A stretch of 64,000 bases of DNA from Puccinia triticina (lineage: Eukaryota), in the NCBI GenBank assembly GCA_026914245.1, contig CP110440.1, positions 1,054,001 through 1,118,000 on the forward strand, read 5' to 3'. The notes under the pieces were generated by a model. It was not told where the DNA came from. It saw nothing but the letters and a program-made list of their open reading frames with translations, and did not search any database. Position numbers and translations under genes: made by a program. This document shows, piece after piece, positions 47,246 through 61,286 of the stretch (position 1 is the stretch's first letter; every line of letters begins with the position of its first letter).

Positions 47246-49050
47246 ATGTCTGATAACTCTGAAATCACACCAATAACACCTCTCCAAAACTCTCCTCGAA
47301 ATACTCCTTGTCCTTCTCCACCTACTCTTCCAATTCCAGTCCCTGTTGGACAGTCTTCATTTTTTGCAACCAGCTCTCCCTCGCCGATCGATCACAATTC
47401 CCCTTCCTTTTTGACCTTTTCGCCCCGACCTATCCCTACTTTTTTGCCTCAACCAGCTCCTCAACAAGGCCATTCTGGAGGAACTGGTGTGGTTGATCAA
47501 CAGGAAGATAACGTTTCAGCCTTATTGTCCAACCTTTGAGTCAATAACTCGCATCAGTCCTCTTTACTTCAAGCTCAAGCGGAATTGATTGCCCTTTTAA
47601 CCGCTCAGGCCCGCCAAGACAAATCGGCGATAATTTCTTTACAAGCTGAAGCGAAGAACATTAAGGACGTTTTCCACGATGAATTAATGAAGAATTGGTC
47701 GGCATCCCAAGAAGCAATTGCTCACCTTCGAGGGTTGGTGGAAGGCTCAAATAACGCTTTGGGAGGAAGATTGGGCAGATTGGAGGTCGTCAACTCTCAG
47801 CTTTTGGACAGACCTAGGGTTTTTATTGAACCTCTGCATCAATCTCACATTTATTTCACGGGAGCTCCTCAAGAAACTAACAGTTTTTGCTTCTCTATGA
47901 GGAATACTTTTGAAAGAATTGAGGATCAATTTAACTTGGAAAAGCAGAAAATCTTGTGGATTTCCGGTTATTTTCGTTTGGGATCTGGTTGTTTGGATGG
48001 CGAAGTTCCTTCCTATACGTGGTGGCGCGGATTGCTCTCGAACAATGCGGAGGTTTTACATTTGCCGCCCCTCAAAGCTTCCACAAAGATGGATTACGTT
48101 ATAGCTGAGCTTCAGGATGTGGATTCCTTCATTGACGCTATTGAACAAACTTTTGCTAATCATCATGAACTTGAGGAAGCCAAGTCTGTGTTTTATTCAG
48201 CTTGTCAGGGAAGCAAGACAATTGAAGAGTTTAATATTCTGTTTAATGCGCTTCTTCGCCCTTTGAAGTTGGATGATTGTTTGAAGTGCAAGGCGTACAA
48301 CAAAGCTATCGACCCAAATCATGTGAAGCTGGCGCTTATTTGCGGGCCCTGGAACGATGTCACCAATTTGGATGTTAAACAGGAAATTGCGTTCTCGGTG
48401 TCGCGGAATTTGGCGGGCGTTAGCAAGATTCTTGATCCCAGATCCCATCAAACCCGCTCAATCAATCAATTGGCTCAACATCATCCTCCGGCTGCGCAAG
48501 CTCAACATTCAGTTCCAAAGATGCCTAACCCTGATGCGATGGACGTTGATGAGATCTCCTCGGCGATAAAGGAGTCAGGCTTCTCTTATGCGGAATTTCA
48601 TCAGCTTTGTGTGGATCGCAATATCTGCATTCGTTGTGGGGAAGCTTTTGACGAGGCTCACTAGCAGAAGAGGGGTTGCATAATGGGAACCAACATGAAG
48701 ATGGATTTGAAGGACATGTTGCGTTTATGGAAGGAGTGGGGTGGTGTGATTTGCAAGAAGAAGGCTGGGTATAGACGGAGTGAATCGAAATGGGCTCAAG
48801 AAAATCTGCCAAGGCAATCGACAGGCTCGTTAGCGGCGAAACTCCGCCCTCAACGAGATAGCAGCGATTCCGATTCCCCGGTTGAACGTCCCGATAAAGG
48901 GAAGAAACGTCAATCTCTTGCGGAGGTCGACGGCTTGCCCTTTAAGAAACATGCATCTCAATCTCATGGGCGTGGGGAAGAGCCTTCTTTGTCGGCGGAT
49001 GCGATTTCGACGGAGGCTGTGGGAGAGATGACGGCGGGTGAAATTTTCTT
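47246..49050 (+). pseudogene. Chromovirus gag with two in-frame stops
   Basis: ORFs 47219-47539, 47585-48664 and 48683 onward share one frame. PDAMDVD motif and CIRCG...H...C knuckle. Confidence 0.85.
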
Positions 49051-49380
49051 CAACACCTGTGTGGAATGGAGTGTACTCCAATGCACTCCAGTTGAAATTG
49101 TGCCAACTGGAGTGCATAGCCAAAACCTTTTGCTCAAAAAGTGAGTGCTTGAGTGTATACTCCATTTTTTTTGGAGTGCATCTAGCTGCACTCCCTTATT
49201 TTGGTAAGTTTTGGCTTACCCTGGCCTGTACTCCAACATAAATGGAGTGCCCATATGGAGACTCCATGAATTTGGAGTGCAAAATCACAGCACTCCAATA
49301 TTTTTGGAGTACCCATTCCCCAAAGCCAAAAATGTGGAGTGCATGAAGTAAATTTTTGGAGTGCATTTAGGCTGACCCTT
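49051..49380. mobile_element. GGAGTGCA/TGCACTCC-rich MITE-like insertion, associated with loss of the protease and RT N-terminus
   Basis: Starts CAACAC, dense inverted GAGTG/CACTC repeats, RT resumes only at ~49605. No TSD found. Confidence 0.65.
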
Positions 49381-49689
49381 TCTCATATTTGATACCCCCT
49401 GATGACTGGTCAGACAGGTCATCAAGACGGTTATTGCCACTGTTGCACATTTGATTTGACAAATGTCTATCTTTTTTTTTTTTTTCTTTCAGCAGCACCT
49501 TCTGTCACTTGTAGTGAAAAGTTGGTCTCCAAAATCCTCCAAGACTCCTCCCAAGTCATTCACCCGAGATATCCACTTGGGTAACCCCCCCCCCCCCCCC
49601 CCCAATCTGAAAGCCGCCTTTAATCTTTTGCGAGTGGCGGAGGGGCACGAATGGAAGACGGCATTCCGGACCCCTTGGGGGTTGTACAA

Positions 49690-50536
49690 TGTGAGAATGA
49701 AAGCTGGTTAGTCCGTGGAAATGTCCGCTGACTGCCTCCTTCAAGAATATTAGTGTCCGGGCTGTGTGATTGTCGGTAACTCGGCTCCGCACTGCTACTT
49801 TCCGCTAGCCTTCAGCGCTCCGCTACTGAGCCTGATCTATAGCGTAATAATCCACAAGTGAATGAAGCTCCGCACTTTGTAAGCACAAAATCCGCAAGTA
49901 ACTCTCAAAGTGAAGATAAGATCCCAGATAATCTCCTAATAAATCTAGTACGTCCGTAGTTGTAAGTACAATTATGAGTAATTCCGTAAGAATGATAGGA
50001 TAATAAGATAAGGAAAGATGAGAAAAATCCATGAGCCCCATTCTCCCCTCCTTCCCTCCACGCACATTGCTGTTCCCACCCGATCCCGCTTGTCTGATAC
50101 TTTCCCGCACTAGTCCTCCAGCTCCGCCCGCTATCCCGCTTGTCACTTTCCCAGACTCCGCTCCTCTCTGACGCTTAACCTCCCACTGTCCTCTGTCTAG
50201 CCCCCGTCAGTCGGTCTCTTGCCACCGCCTCCACCCCGGTTCCACCCGCTTTGGCCGTCGTGGCTCACCCGCTGACGCGCTGCTGCTACCAGTCCACGTG
50301 TGTAGCCCCGCCGCAGTCCAGCCCTGTCTTTTCCGCTCCGCTCCAAATACCCGATCCGAAATCCGTGCATTCCAATCCGCGCGTGACTTTCCGTAAGCTT
50401 TCTTAGCATGCTTTCCTGACATCATCCTCAGTGCTTATGTCACCGGAATGCATTCTGCCTGAGAGGCTTTGTGCATTCCCGCCCGCGCTATCCCTGCGTG
50501 GACATTCTACCGCGCTCGCCTATATAAATCACCGCA
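49690..50536. mobile_element. Solo LTR (847 bp) inserted in the RT coding region
   Basis: TG...CA termini, TSD ACAA/ACGA. Removing it restores TTG TAC GAG TAT CAG (LYEYQ). Confidence 0.88.
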
Positions 50537-52035
50537 ACGAGTATCAGGTAATGCCTTTTGGCTTGGCTAATGCGCCGGCAACATTTCAATGTTTTATTCA
50601 ACACGTTTTGCAAGAGTTTCTGGACGTTTGTTGCTTTGTGTATATTGATGATATTTTGATCTTTTCCAAGACAAGAGAGAAACATCTGGCGGATTTAAAG
50701 AACATCTTTGCGAAACTACAGGAATATTTGTTGAAGGCTTCTTTGAAGAAGTGTGAGTTTTTTTGCTCTATGGTTACCTTTTTGGGGTTTGACATCACGG
50801 AAAAGGGACTTGAGATGAATAGGAGCAAGCTGAAAACCATTGAGGATTGGCCTTTGCCAATTTCAGTCCAAGGACTTTGCAAGTTTTTAGGTTTTACTAA
50901 CTTTTATAGGCGGTTTATTCCTTGCTTCTCTTCTGTTGCAGGCCCTTTGACTATGTTGACGCAAGAAAAGTATAGTGATTCTATGCTTTTAAAATCTGAT
51001 GAAGCAAAGGCCGCTTTTGTGGCGCTTAAGGAGTTGTTTGTCAATGAACCGTTGTTGCTTCATTTTGATTTTGAGAAGGATAGGATCATCCACGTGGATA
51101 TTTCCGGATACGCAATTGCGGCTGCTTTGAGTCAACCAAATGTGAAGGGGGATTACTTACCAGTCAGTTATTTTTTGCAAAAGCTGTCTGATCAAGAACG
51201 TTCTTGGAAGGTGTTCAACTTGGAGTTGTTGGAAATAGTCTCGGCTTGCGAAGAGTGGCACGGTAAACCCTGTAATGATGTTCTCAGATCATTCTAACCT
51301 TTTATACTTTAAAACTGCTAAATATTTGTCTCCAAAGCAAGCCCAGTGGGCTTTTTTTAGATAATTTTAATATGTTAATTTATCATATAGCAGGCTCGCG
51401 TAATCCTGCAGATGGCCCAAGCAGACGGGACAATTACTATGATGGTAAGGTTTTGGTCTGCAATGCTGATCTCATTGCCAGACGGATGGTGGATTGTGAA
51501 GAGATAGTTGGTGATGATATCATATTTTTCCAGCGTCCGACCGCTGACTTGTTGAAATATTTTGTGAATAATTATTTACCTCTTGACAAAACGGTAAAAG
51601 GTGTTTGCTTTGCTGACAATTTTTATTGGTATCAAAATAGGGTTTTAGTTCCTTCTTCTTTGCAGGCAAGGATTTTGATCATGTACCATGATGCGCCGGC
51701 GGCGGGTCATCCAGGAATAGCAGGGACTCTGTCGGGGTTGACACGCACGTTTTCTTGGCTGGGAGTCAGGGCGTCGGTGATCAAGTATGTGAATAGCTGC
51801 AATTTGTGTCAGCGGGTGAAAGCTCGGCGACGTTCCCCCAATGGACAGCTAGTTTCCATTGTGGCAGAGCCTAAACCTTGGAGCGTTATTGGTATGGATA
51901 TGATTGTGAAACTGCCCTTATTGGGCGGATTTGATTCTATCCTTGTCGTTATTGATTTGCTTAGCAAACTGACTCATTTCATCCCTTGCAAGGAAGCGTC
52001 TTCCTCCGCGGTTTTAGCTTTGCTGTTTCAAAAGC

Positions 52036-54519
52036 CACCAGGGGGGAAAGTGTGGCACTCTCTGGAGAGTGCCAGGCCGTAATTCTGTCAGTCAAATGGT
52101 CTGATGTGAGTTAGATGTGAGTCGCAACTCTTTGTTCAATTTTCTTCCCGACAGATGTGTAACTGTAGGTGAAGTGGTTGCGGGATGATCTGTAACTCAA
52201 TTCCAACACATGGAAATATCTTAGTTGAAATTTTCTGTTTGGTTCATATCAAACAAAATCCAGGATGTGAGCTTCAATTCACAACATGTTTTGCCAAGAA
52301 TGTAACTATGCTGATGCTCAAAGATATCCTTGACCAAGTGAGAAGGAAGATTTTTCAGGGCTGATTTTTTTCAATCAAAACCCACATAAAATCACATAAT
52401 GAAAGATAGCTGTAAATTATAGCAACCGCAAAGACTCAGTTAACTGGTAGATTAATCCTTGTGGGATATTTCTGCCATGCCTGTTTCCTTCATCAATTGG
52501 GAGGAAAGTTATGTAAAATTAAATTTCTCTTTTTTGAGTATCACACAGTGTCAAAGCTGGGAAAACCTCTGTAACCTGTCTTCCCTCCCTGTAATATGAA
52601 ATGTGAACAATCAAAGAGGCCTTTTCACCAACGATGTTTGCCAAGTGATGGTCCACTTATGCAGGCTAAAGTTTGCCATACGGTCAGCTGTTCATATGGG
52701 TCCATGCACCTTTTGTATGTGAATACACATTGCACAATTTTCCTTCACTTGACCTCCATCTGACTGAAAAATGTAGCAGCTAGAGGTTAAAATTATTAAG
52801 CTTCACAGAGGGAAGGGGGCAGATTGGTGGATATCAATAGATGCATCAATATTTTGATGATCCTGGAACCAGCAGGAGAAAGATTTCAATAGCTGGTCTG
52901 AACTCTGAGGTGAAAAGTCAACTCTGAAATGTCCACACACATCTCAGCATGCAGGGTCATACCGTTTGTCTTGTAGATTGATCATCTTCACACCTTTTGC
53001 CTGACTGTTTTGGGCAATTTTTTCCTCCAGGTAGCATACCTTCATCACACCTACCATTATGTCCGTGGCCATTGTGCAACAAAATGGGGTTGATTGCTCT
53101 TATCATGTTAATTATTAGCACCAGGTGTAAGATAAGAATGATGCTCTTTTGACCTGCTGAATCCAGAACAATCAAAATCATCATCATTTTGTAGTGGCAA
53201 AAATGGTGTTCATATGTGTAGCAAATCACCAAAAAAGCTTGTGTTCCAGGAGTTTCAATCTGGGCACAAGTCAACTACGGTGGCAGCGGGGCAACAGGGA
53301 TCAGCTCTGTATCCCCGGGTGTCCCCGGGGAGCATGTTTTTTTTGTCGCTATGTCCACTGTCATGTTTGGCCGAACATCAGGGTGGACATTGGCGAGTTG
53401 CTTGTTTAAACGGGCTCGATGACCTTTATTTGCTGGTCATTGAGCTGGGAAAGCCCCAACTCCATGAACAGTACACTAAATACTGTTCATTCAGCTTGGC
53501 TTTTCCGAGGTTGGTGGACAGTACAGGCTGCTCACCAAGCTCAGACAGGCCCAGAACGATGACCAATAGGTGCTGGTCATCGGACCAGGGCTTCTCCGAC
53601 TGGATGGCCAACACAAACTGGCCATCGAGTTCAGAGAGGCCGCGCTTGACAGGCATCATGCCCTGGTCATCGATCTGCAGCCTCTCCGAGCTCAAATCCG
53701 ATGACCAGTAGATACTGGTCATCCAGCGAGAAGCCCTGGCCCAATGACCAGCAAATGCTGGTCATCTAGTCAGCCTTTCCGAGCGTGGTAGGCAGCCTAC
53801 ACTGGCCACTCAGCTTGGAAAAGTGCAGCAGGATGGACAGTACATACTGTCCATCAAGCCGGGACTTTCCCCGCGCTGAGTACAGTAAATACAGTCCTTA
53901 AAGCTGGGAGAGGCCCGGCTCAATGACCAACATGCAGTACTGGTCACTGCTCTGGGATTTTCCCATCCTAGTGAGCTGTGATCAAGTGGAGGGTGTCTCC
54001 ACTCAATGGCCAGTAGAACCAGTCACCGAGTAAGGAACCCCCCCACTCAACAGCCAGTATACACACCAGTCCTCGAGTGGAGAATCCCTCCACTCAATGA
54101 CATTAAAAACCAGTCATTGAGTGGAGGATGTATCCACTTGGTGGCTGGTAATTTAGATGTGGTCATTGAGTGGACACAACCTTCAATCAATGGTTGTCCA
54201 ACAGTCATCAAGTGGAGGGAATCTCCACTCAATGACTTTACAACCCATTCATTGAGTGGAGGGGGTCTCAAATTGATTCCTGAAACACACCACTAAGTGT
54301 AGAATACCAGGGTGTACCAGGCATCAAGTGGGGGTACCCTCAACTCAATTACCAACATGTTCACCATGGAGTGGATCAAAGATCAGCCTGAGTTGAACAT
54401 AAGGTCAACATATTTGAAGCCTAAATCCCACATGCTCACACATTTGACATCAGACAGTCTTCCCAAAGGAACATACGGTCTGGCACTCTCCAGGGAGTGC
54501 CACACTTTCCCCCCTGGTG
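52036..54519. mobile_element. Non-autonomous CACC-terminus element (2.5 kb) inserted in integrase
   Basis: TIR CACCAGGGGGGAAAGTGTGGCACTC. TSD AGC. Removing it restores FQKHIFRLHG. Confidence 0.93.
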
Positions 54520-56685
54520 AGCACATCTTCCGTTTGCATGGCCTTCCCGATAAAATTGTTTCTGACAGAGGGAGTACTTTTGTGAGTGAATTTTGGAGGG
54601 CGCTTATGAAATCGTTGAGTATTAGGTCTGCTTTGTCTACGGCTTATCACCCGCAGACGGATGGGCAGACGGAGCGTATGAATCAGGTGGTTGAGGACTA
54701 TCTTAGGCATTTTTGTTCCTACTATCAGGATAATTTGGATAGGTGTTTGGAAATGGCGGAGTTTTCCATTAACAACACTGATTCTGCGAGTTTAAAGGTG
54801 TCTCCTTTCTTTTTTACTTATGGTTTTCACCCGCGCTTTAATACTTCAACGCAAAACACGGGCCGGAAGGGTTTAGATGAATTCTTGACAGATTTACAGG
54901 TGGCCCAGGAAACGGCAATGGAGTGCTTGCGACAGGCGCGTGTGAAACAAGCGGAATATTACAATAAAGGAAAGCGGCAATCACGGGTATATCAAGAAGG
55001 CAATGAGGTTTTGCTTCTTTGGAAATTCATTCAGTCTTGAAGAGTGAACTCTAAGTTGGATTACCGTTACATCGGGCCTTTCAAGGTAAAGAAAATGGTA
55101 GGTACAAATGCGGTTGAATTGGATTTGGCGGCTGATTACCCAAAGTTACATCCAGTTTTTAATGTTTCTTTGCTGACACGTTATGTGAGTCCGGTTGCGG
55201 TCGCAGGGCACAACTCATTGTTTGGAATAAAGCATAAATATTATAGTGACAATCAAGTTGTGGACTGGACCAAGATCAGGGTGGTGTTGGATGTGAGGAG
55301 TGTAAAGAAGGGTAAGCTTGACTATTTGATCTCCTGGTTGAATTCTACGCCTGGTGAAGACACGTGGGTGTTGCAAAATCACATTCTAGTTGCGGCTAAT
55401 AAATTTGTAGAGAACTTTCAACAAATGGCGGAAGTTTGGGATAAAAAGGCTAAAAGAAAGGTGGTGCTAAAGGGTGGATAAGACATTTTGGTGTAGTAGC
55501 CTGATCTCATTTTGTAATGACTCTATTTGGTGATCATGTAATCTTTATTGATCTTCAATCATGAATTACTAATCATTAAATTAGGAACAATTGGGGATCA
55601 TGGTTCCGTGTCATCATTGTTGTCTATTTCACTTGTGTCGTGAATCATGACGTATCCTTGTTGTTAATTTGTTGTGACGTCATCGGTAATTTCCCCAAAA
55701 AGTTTGATTTATCTGTTTACCTTTGTATGTTGTTCAGGTCTTCTTCTTTCCTCTTTTTCCCATTGATATATTCTTTGTCACTATATTGCAAACTTTACTT
55801 ATCATCATTGCTCCGAGTAAACATTGTTTCTCGAGAAAGCTTATAAACAATTATCATAATCATTGTGAATAATCTAATCTATTACTCAAGCATACGGCGA
55901 ACTATCCCCTTGGATAAGTTTCATAGCCACATAGCGAACTGAGCAGTAGGGTAGACCTCACACTACCATTACAAACACCTGCAGGAAACCCAGGACCACC
56001 AGGGGCAATATGATCCTGACCTTGGCGGCGGAGGCACAGGAAAAAATGCTTGTCAATACGGCTTTGATCTCGGCGCTGATGATCTGAATGTCTATGGAGG
56101 CGGCTGCGCGGGAAATGTCACACCATTCAGCCACAGCTGAACAGGCAAGCTGTATTCTATCTAGCTTGCCCGTGTCACAGACATCTTGCCCCTGCCTGCC
56201 CACTCCGGCAGGCTACTTGTCAGGGATGCACAAATGATTATATGTGCACCCTGTTGTTTGAAGCTTTTCTGAGAGAATTTTGAAATCAAAAATCTTTCAT
56301 TTTGATTTCATTTTTGTTTTGAAATTCTTTTCAAATACTTTCAAAATAAAACTCAAAAATTTGTTTATAATTGGGGCCTCAGTGACCAACAGGCCTTGCA
56401 TGCATCTGCAAGCGCAGTCTTATATGTACATACTAGTTCAATATGTAGGGCAACCATAAGGTCTGCAAGTCTCCGGCCAAGGGCTATTGGAGGCCTGCTT
56501 TGGAAGCAGCAGCGAGGGACGGGGGTTAAGTTCCAGGTGGCACCAGCTGGCGGGGGGACCGACTGCTCCCCGCTGATCTTCGGTGATTCGGGGAGCAACT
56601 TCCCCGAGCTTGACTTCCCACTCTTCACCTTCACTGTCAAACTTCACCAAACCACGCAAACCTCACCACACCACACCCCAGCATC

Positions 56686-58957
56686 ATGGCTCAGTCCTCC
56701 TTCACCTCCATGGAAACAGAAAAAGAATTGCTGTACGACATTCTGCGCAATCAGCTGACTTCACGAGGGATCTACAGCACCGAGAATTTCTGGAATGGGC
56801 GTGATGAGAACGGTAAGCATCGCCACGCACTCAATCATCAACCCTGAATACCCTCTCACGTCTCTTCCCTAAACAGAAGTCAAGGAATGTATCGGGTTGC
56901 TTCTCGAATCACTCGGAAAATTGCTCGGAGGACCAACGCTCACCTCAGATCCCAAAGGACCACTTGCAAAGGCAATGCGGAAAATTACTGCCTATTCTCG
57001 CTATTATCGTAGCGGCGAATTCGAACGTTTCGGAACTCTCATCACAGCCCTGCTTGTAGAAAAACCCAAATCCGATCTAGAAATGTATCGGTTCTTCGAC
57101 AAAGAATTCAACATCCCAAGAAATCGGTCATTCCAATCGACCACCTCCTCACGCCAACCATCATCCACAGCGACTCCTGTGAGGACCGGCACCCTATCCG
57201 GCTTTGTAGATTCTTCGGGCAAGCTTTCTGAAATCCGTCCTGCGCTCCAACGAGAATTGAAGTATTTGATGTTTCTGGATGTTCCAAGTTTTTTGGATCA
57301 TCTCATCAAACATCACACCGAATCCGAATCGCTCCTGCCTAATCACACTCCCGCCTTGCTCCTGAACCCCCACAAAGATTTTATAAATCAAACGTTTCGA
57401 GAACGGTTAGAAAACACCTCGGAGACTTCTGTGTTGAAATGGATGTCACCGCTTATCGAACAAATTGCTTCCTCGCTGAAATCGAAAGTACCAGCTCAGC
57501 ACTCACGCGCTTGGCGGTCCCAGCCTACGGTACCTATAAAGGGCATTAAATCGAAACGCATGCTGGATGGGGCGATCATGTCCCAGTATTCCAAGGTCGA
57601 TTATCACATTCAAGATGTTCTGGTCCCTTTCGACCTTGAGGAGAGCCAAAAAAGAAATCCTGCTCTTGACTTGGCCAAATACGTCTGCGAAGTCTTCCGA
57701 GCTCAGCCCACCCGAAGCTATGTCCTTGGGTTTACAATGTGCGGGACCTTGGTGAGGCTCTGGCAGTTTGATAGGTCCGGAGCCATTGGTTCCCAATCAC
57801 TCAACATCCAAAGCACCAAAGAAGACCTTGACAAGTTCCTCACTCTCATTGTGATATTTTTAACGACCAATAAGCAAGTCCTTGGCTTCGATTCGACCTT
57901 CGATTATACTGACGGGCAGGATTCAATTAGCACCCAGCTTGGTCACAAATTCGTAATAGACCGCCTTATCTTCCGAGCGCCCGGAATCTGCGGACGTGGG
58001 ACGACCTGCTGGCAAGCGCACCTCCTTGGAGATAAGGATCAAAAATTTCTGATCAAGGATTCCTGGCAACCTGACCACCACACAGAAGAAGGTCTTATGC
58101 TCCGCAAGGTGACAACACAAAACGCTCGCAATGTTGCAAGATATCATCATCATGAAGACGTCCACGTGGCTAGCCAGCAAGTCGACATAAGATCCTACGT
58201 TCGAGGGGGCGCCGATTTCGAACTCTGCACCAAGATGCGACTCACTAACGAGTCCCACGATCCACTAGTGCCAAATAAGTTTACCAATCGGGTTCAAAGA
58301 CGGTTGATTCTCAAAGACGTGGGGGAACCCATCTATCATGTCGATTGTCCGATTCGTCTGTTGGAGGCCCTCGAGGGCTGTATCACAGGTCACAAGGACT
58401 TGTTGGAGGCGGGTTTTCTTCACCGAGATATCTCTACTAACAACCTCATGATCAATAGCCGGACAGACGACCCCGATCGAAAATCCTTCCTGATCGACCT
58501 AGATGTGGCGATTGACTACTCTATCCAGAATGCTCAAAAGCGCCACGCCAAAGCCGGCACCAAAGTTTTCATGTCGATCCATTTGCTTAACGGCAAGAAC
58601 CACGATTTTGTTGATGATCTGGAATCCTTCTTTTGGGTTTTGATATGGATTTGCATCCATTATCCTGCCGAAGAAAGGATACCATCTAGTGTAACAGGAT
58701 GGAATCAGCAGAACCTAGACTCCTTAGGAAGCCTCAAGTTTTTTGCCATCCACAACCCCAACAAGCTGACAAAGGATTTCACAGATACATACGCCGATTC
58801 TGCTCTCATCGACTGTGTCTGCCAGTTTGCCGAAATCATGCGCGATCCCAAAGTCAGAGACAAAGATCATTGGCCAGCTGAGAAACTTTATTGTAAGATA
58901 TTAGAAACTCTGCGAAACGCTCGAGAAAAGCTGGAGGAACGACCGAGCCATTCATAA
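56686..58957 (+). CDS. FunK1 fungal-type protein kinase (Pkinase_fungal), ~735 aa; exons 56686-56812 and 56877-58957
   Basis: Uninterrupted 686-codon ORF with WQFDRSGAIGS, CGRGTTCW, IKDSW, LHRDISTNNLM, LIDLD, GTKVFMS, DDLESFFWVLIWIC. A GTAAGC...ACAG intron joins an in-frame ATG exon. Confidence 0.92.
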
Positions 58958-61260
58958 GCGTAAGTAGCTCCACTAAATTACTGAAACAGTAGTTGTCTTT
59001 CCAATGTTGTCCAAAAAAGAGCCAGAGAAATGTCTTCTCTCAAATACATACCTGTTGTTTTTCACTGATCGTGGTTCAACGGAGTCTGAGATGATCAGCT
59101 CTCTGCTCAATGTTCTTGACCTCAGACTAACGGCCGAATCGCCGATATATTCACACAGCTTGGACAAGGTTGAACGGATTCGGAATCCGTAGGTTTGGTT
59201 ACTTTCGCCAATGCCTGGGATGTAGCTTCCGGCGTCGAGGATTGAGCTACGCGCGATGAATTGGATTGAATATATTGTTTAGTTCACTTGAGATGTTCAA
59301 GAAAATTGGTTAGATTTTTTTACTGACTGGGACCGCGAGGGAGAGAGAAGTGGAATGCATCCAAATTTTTTGGGACCTACTTGAACACTGACATCTGCCC
59401 TTGTAGAGGGTGAATCAAGTCTTTGGGGAGGGAATTTCATCTAAGATTCTGACAACAACCAAATCTGCAAAAATCTCAGCCCAAAATTATCTCTGGATTT
59501 GGAAAGTTGTTCCATACCCCTGATTACATTCAAAATCATATGTAACATTAGAATTCAGGTATAAGGTAGGAACTCATTGTCAGAGATAAGTAGAATAAGG
59601 GGAGTATCACAAATGATTTTTTTTTTGTGCTGAGATCATTGGATGAACAGTGCTTGTAATGGATTATATTAAACATGAGGCAGGAAGGTGTAGAAGAAAG
59701 GGATGGTGATGCAGGGCACAATAAAAGCTTAGGAGAGGAGGAAGAGTTGAGGCTCTTGATTTTCTGCTGCCGCCACTAGACACCAAAGTTAGAGAGATTC
59801 AAATGTGGGATCTTGAAGGATTGTGGGTTCAAACCTAACTTAGATAATTAGTTCCTCCTTGGGGAGCAAACCAACCTCTAGAGGAGTGACTTACTGGCTA
59901 TGTTGACCCCGCAGCAGTAGAGAATTAGCCCTTTTGGTGGTGAATTTTTAAAACCAATCTCCTGCATGAGTTTCTGCATCTTTTTTTCTGTGATTTTCAT
60001 TTGTGGGATGGATCAAGCTGTTCCCATCTTTCTGCTATTTTTTCTCATCCTTAACTCCTCTGGTTGAGCTGCAATCAGATTTGTAACATCATCAATTTCA
60101 GATTATGTACAGTGCAAAATGTGGAATGCACAGCAAAGCAGGCACATTCTAGTCACAAAAAAGGACTTCAAGGGCACTACCAGCATATTTGGCTGGGTTC
60201 AAGTCATCCAAGGGCTTGGATTTACATTTTGTCAGTTGAGATCAACCAAGTTTAACTTGGTTGAGTGCATCCCAGTTGAACTGGGATAGCCTCAACCCAG
60301 TCAATTTTGCTGGCAGTGGGGGCAGCCAAGGCCCCAAAAAATCTGGGAGATATGTAGAAAGAAAGTCTATGATGTTGTTTTTTCCCTCAAAACATTATTA
60401 CCCAGTGGCAAATGGTGTGTCTAGAAAGGATTGAAGAATGGCATTTTTCTAATTCTCTACTGCTGGAGGGTTGAAATATCACACCAGTCCCTCCTGTAGA
60501 GGATCCCTGCGGGAGAACACCCCCTCAAAAAGAGGGACTTTGTGAGAATTCAAACTAAATTTGAATGACTTGACCCAGTCCTCCTGAAAGCGGATCAAAT
60601 ACCAACAAGCATCCTAAAACTTCACTGTCTCTTCTTCTGATTGGTGATAGTTCAGCTTGCCACTTGAAATTTAATAACTTGTGCAGCCGTTTCCTTTTGT
60701 CCATTTGGTGATAATTTCTTCAATCATGAATGGCCTTCTTGGTTGTTGCAGGATCATTTATCTGAGCAGCAGGAGTTGTCTAGAGATGGCCCCTGGTACC
60801 CGTTGGCAGGTACCTACCAACTAAAGCAGGTAGCTGCACATGGATTGCGGGTACTGGCAACATGTTTTTTTGGCTATCTAGCAGCAATAATCTTCATAAC
60901 AAGCAACATGTGGTACACTTTTAATTTGTTTTTGCAAAATTAATTTCATTTAATGGAGTGCCAAAAGTTCAAGTTTTTGTTCATTTAGGCCTTGAATTTG
61001 CAGCCAAAGTTTTGTAAAATTCAATTTTGAACAACCCTAATACCAGAACAAATGTTAATATTACATCAGCAGTATGGGTACTGTTGATTTTTGGACTTGA
61101 GATGCACAGATACAAAAAACAGATGAGCTTTACAAGGAGGCTCAAGGATGGGTGGTGAGGATAAGAGTCTCACCAGATGTAGCTCACGGGTGGGGTAGAA
61201 AAGAACCAATGGGACTTGATTTTATGTAAAAGGATACTAAATATAGAATAAGTACATATA

Positions 61261-61286
61261 CTAGAGTATAAGGCGGCTGCGCCGCC
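61261..61286 (-). mobile_element. Helitron-type 3' terminus
   Basis: Minus strand reads GGCGGC-GCA-GCCGCC-TTATACT-CTAG followed by T. Confidence 0.8.

Larger units (their letters stand above)
49605..55481 (+). pseudogene. Chromovirus pol remnant (RT-RH-IN-chromodomain), interrupted at 49690-50536 and 52036-54519
   Basis: LKAAFNLLRVAEGHEWKTAFRTPWGLY|EYQVMPFGLANAPATFQ, YIDDILI, HDAPAAGHPG, SDRGSTF, AYHPQTDGQTER, YIGPFKV, chromodomain YLISWLNSTPGEDTW. Confidence 0.93.
46761..55962 (+). mobile_element. Ty3/Gypsy chromovirus, degenerate, with three nested insertions
   Basis: 450-bp LTRs at 46761-47210 and 55513-55962 (TG...CA). 5-bp TSD CTACC. Gag, RT, RH, IN and chromodomain remnants. Confidence 0.96.

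Noticed and set aside
52957..54296. Transposase inside the 2.5-kb CACC element
   Set aside because: Only short ORFs from repeats, with no Tnp2/TnpD motifs. No autonomous DNA transposase was found anywhere in the window.
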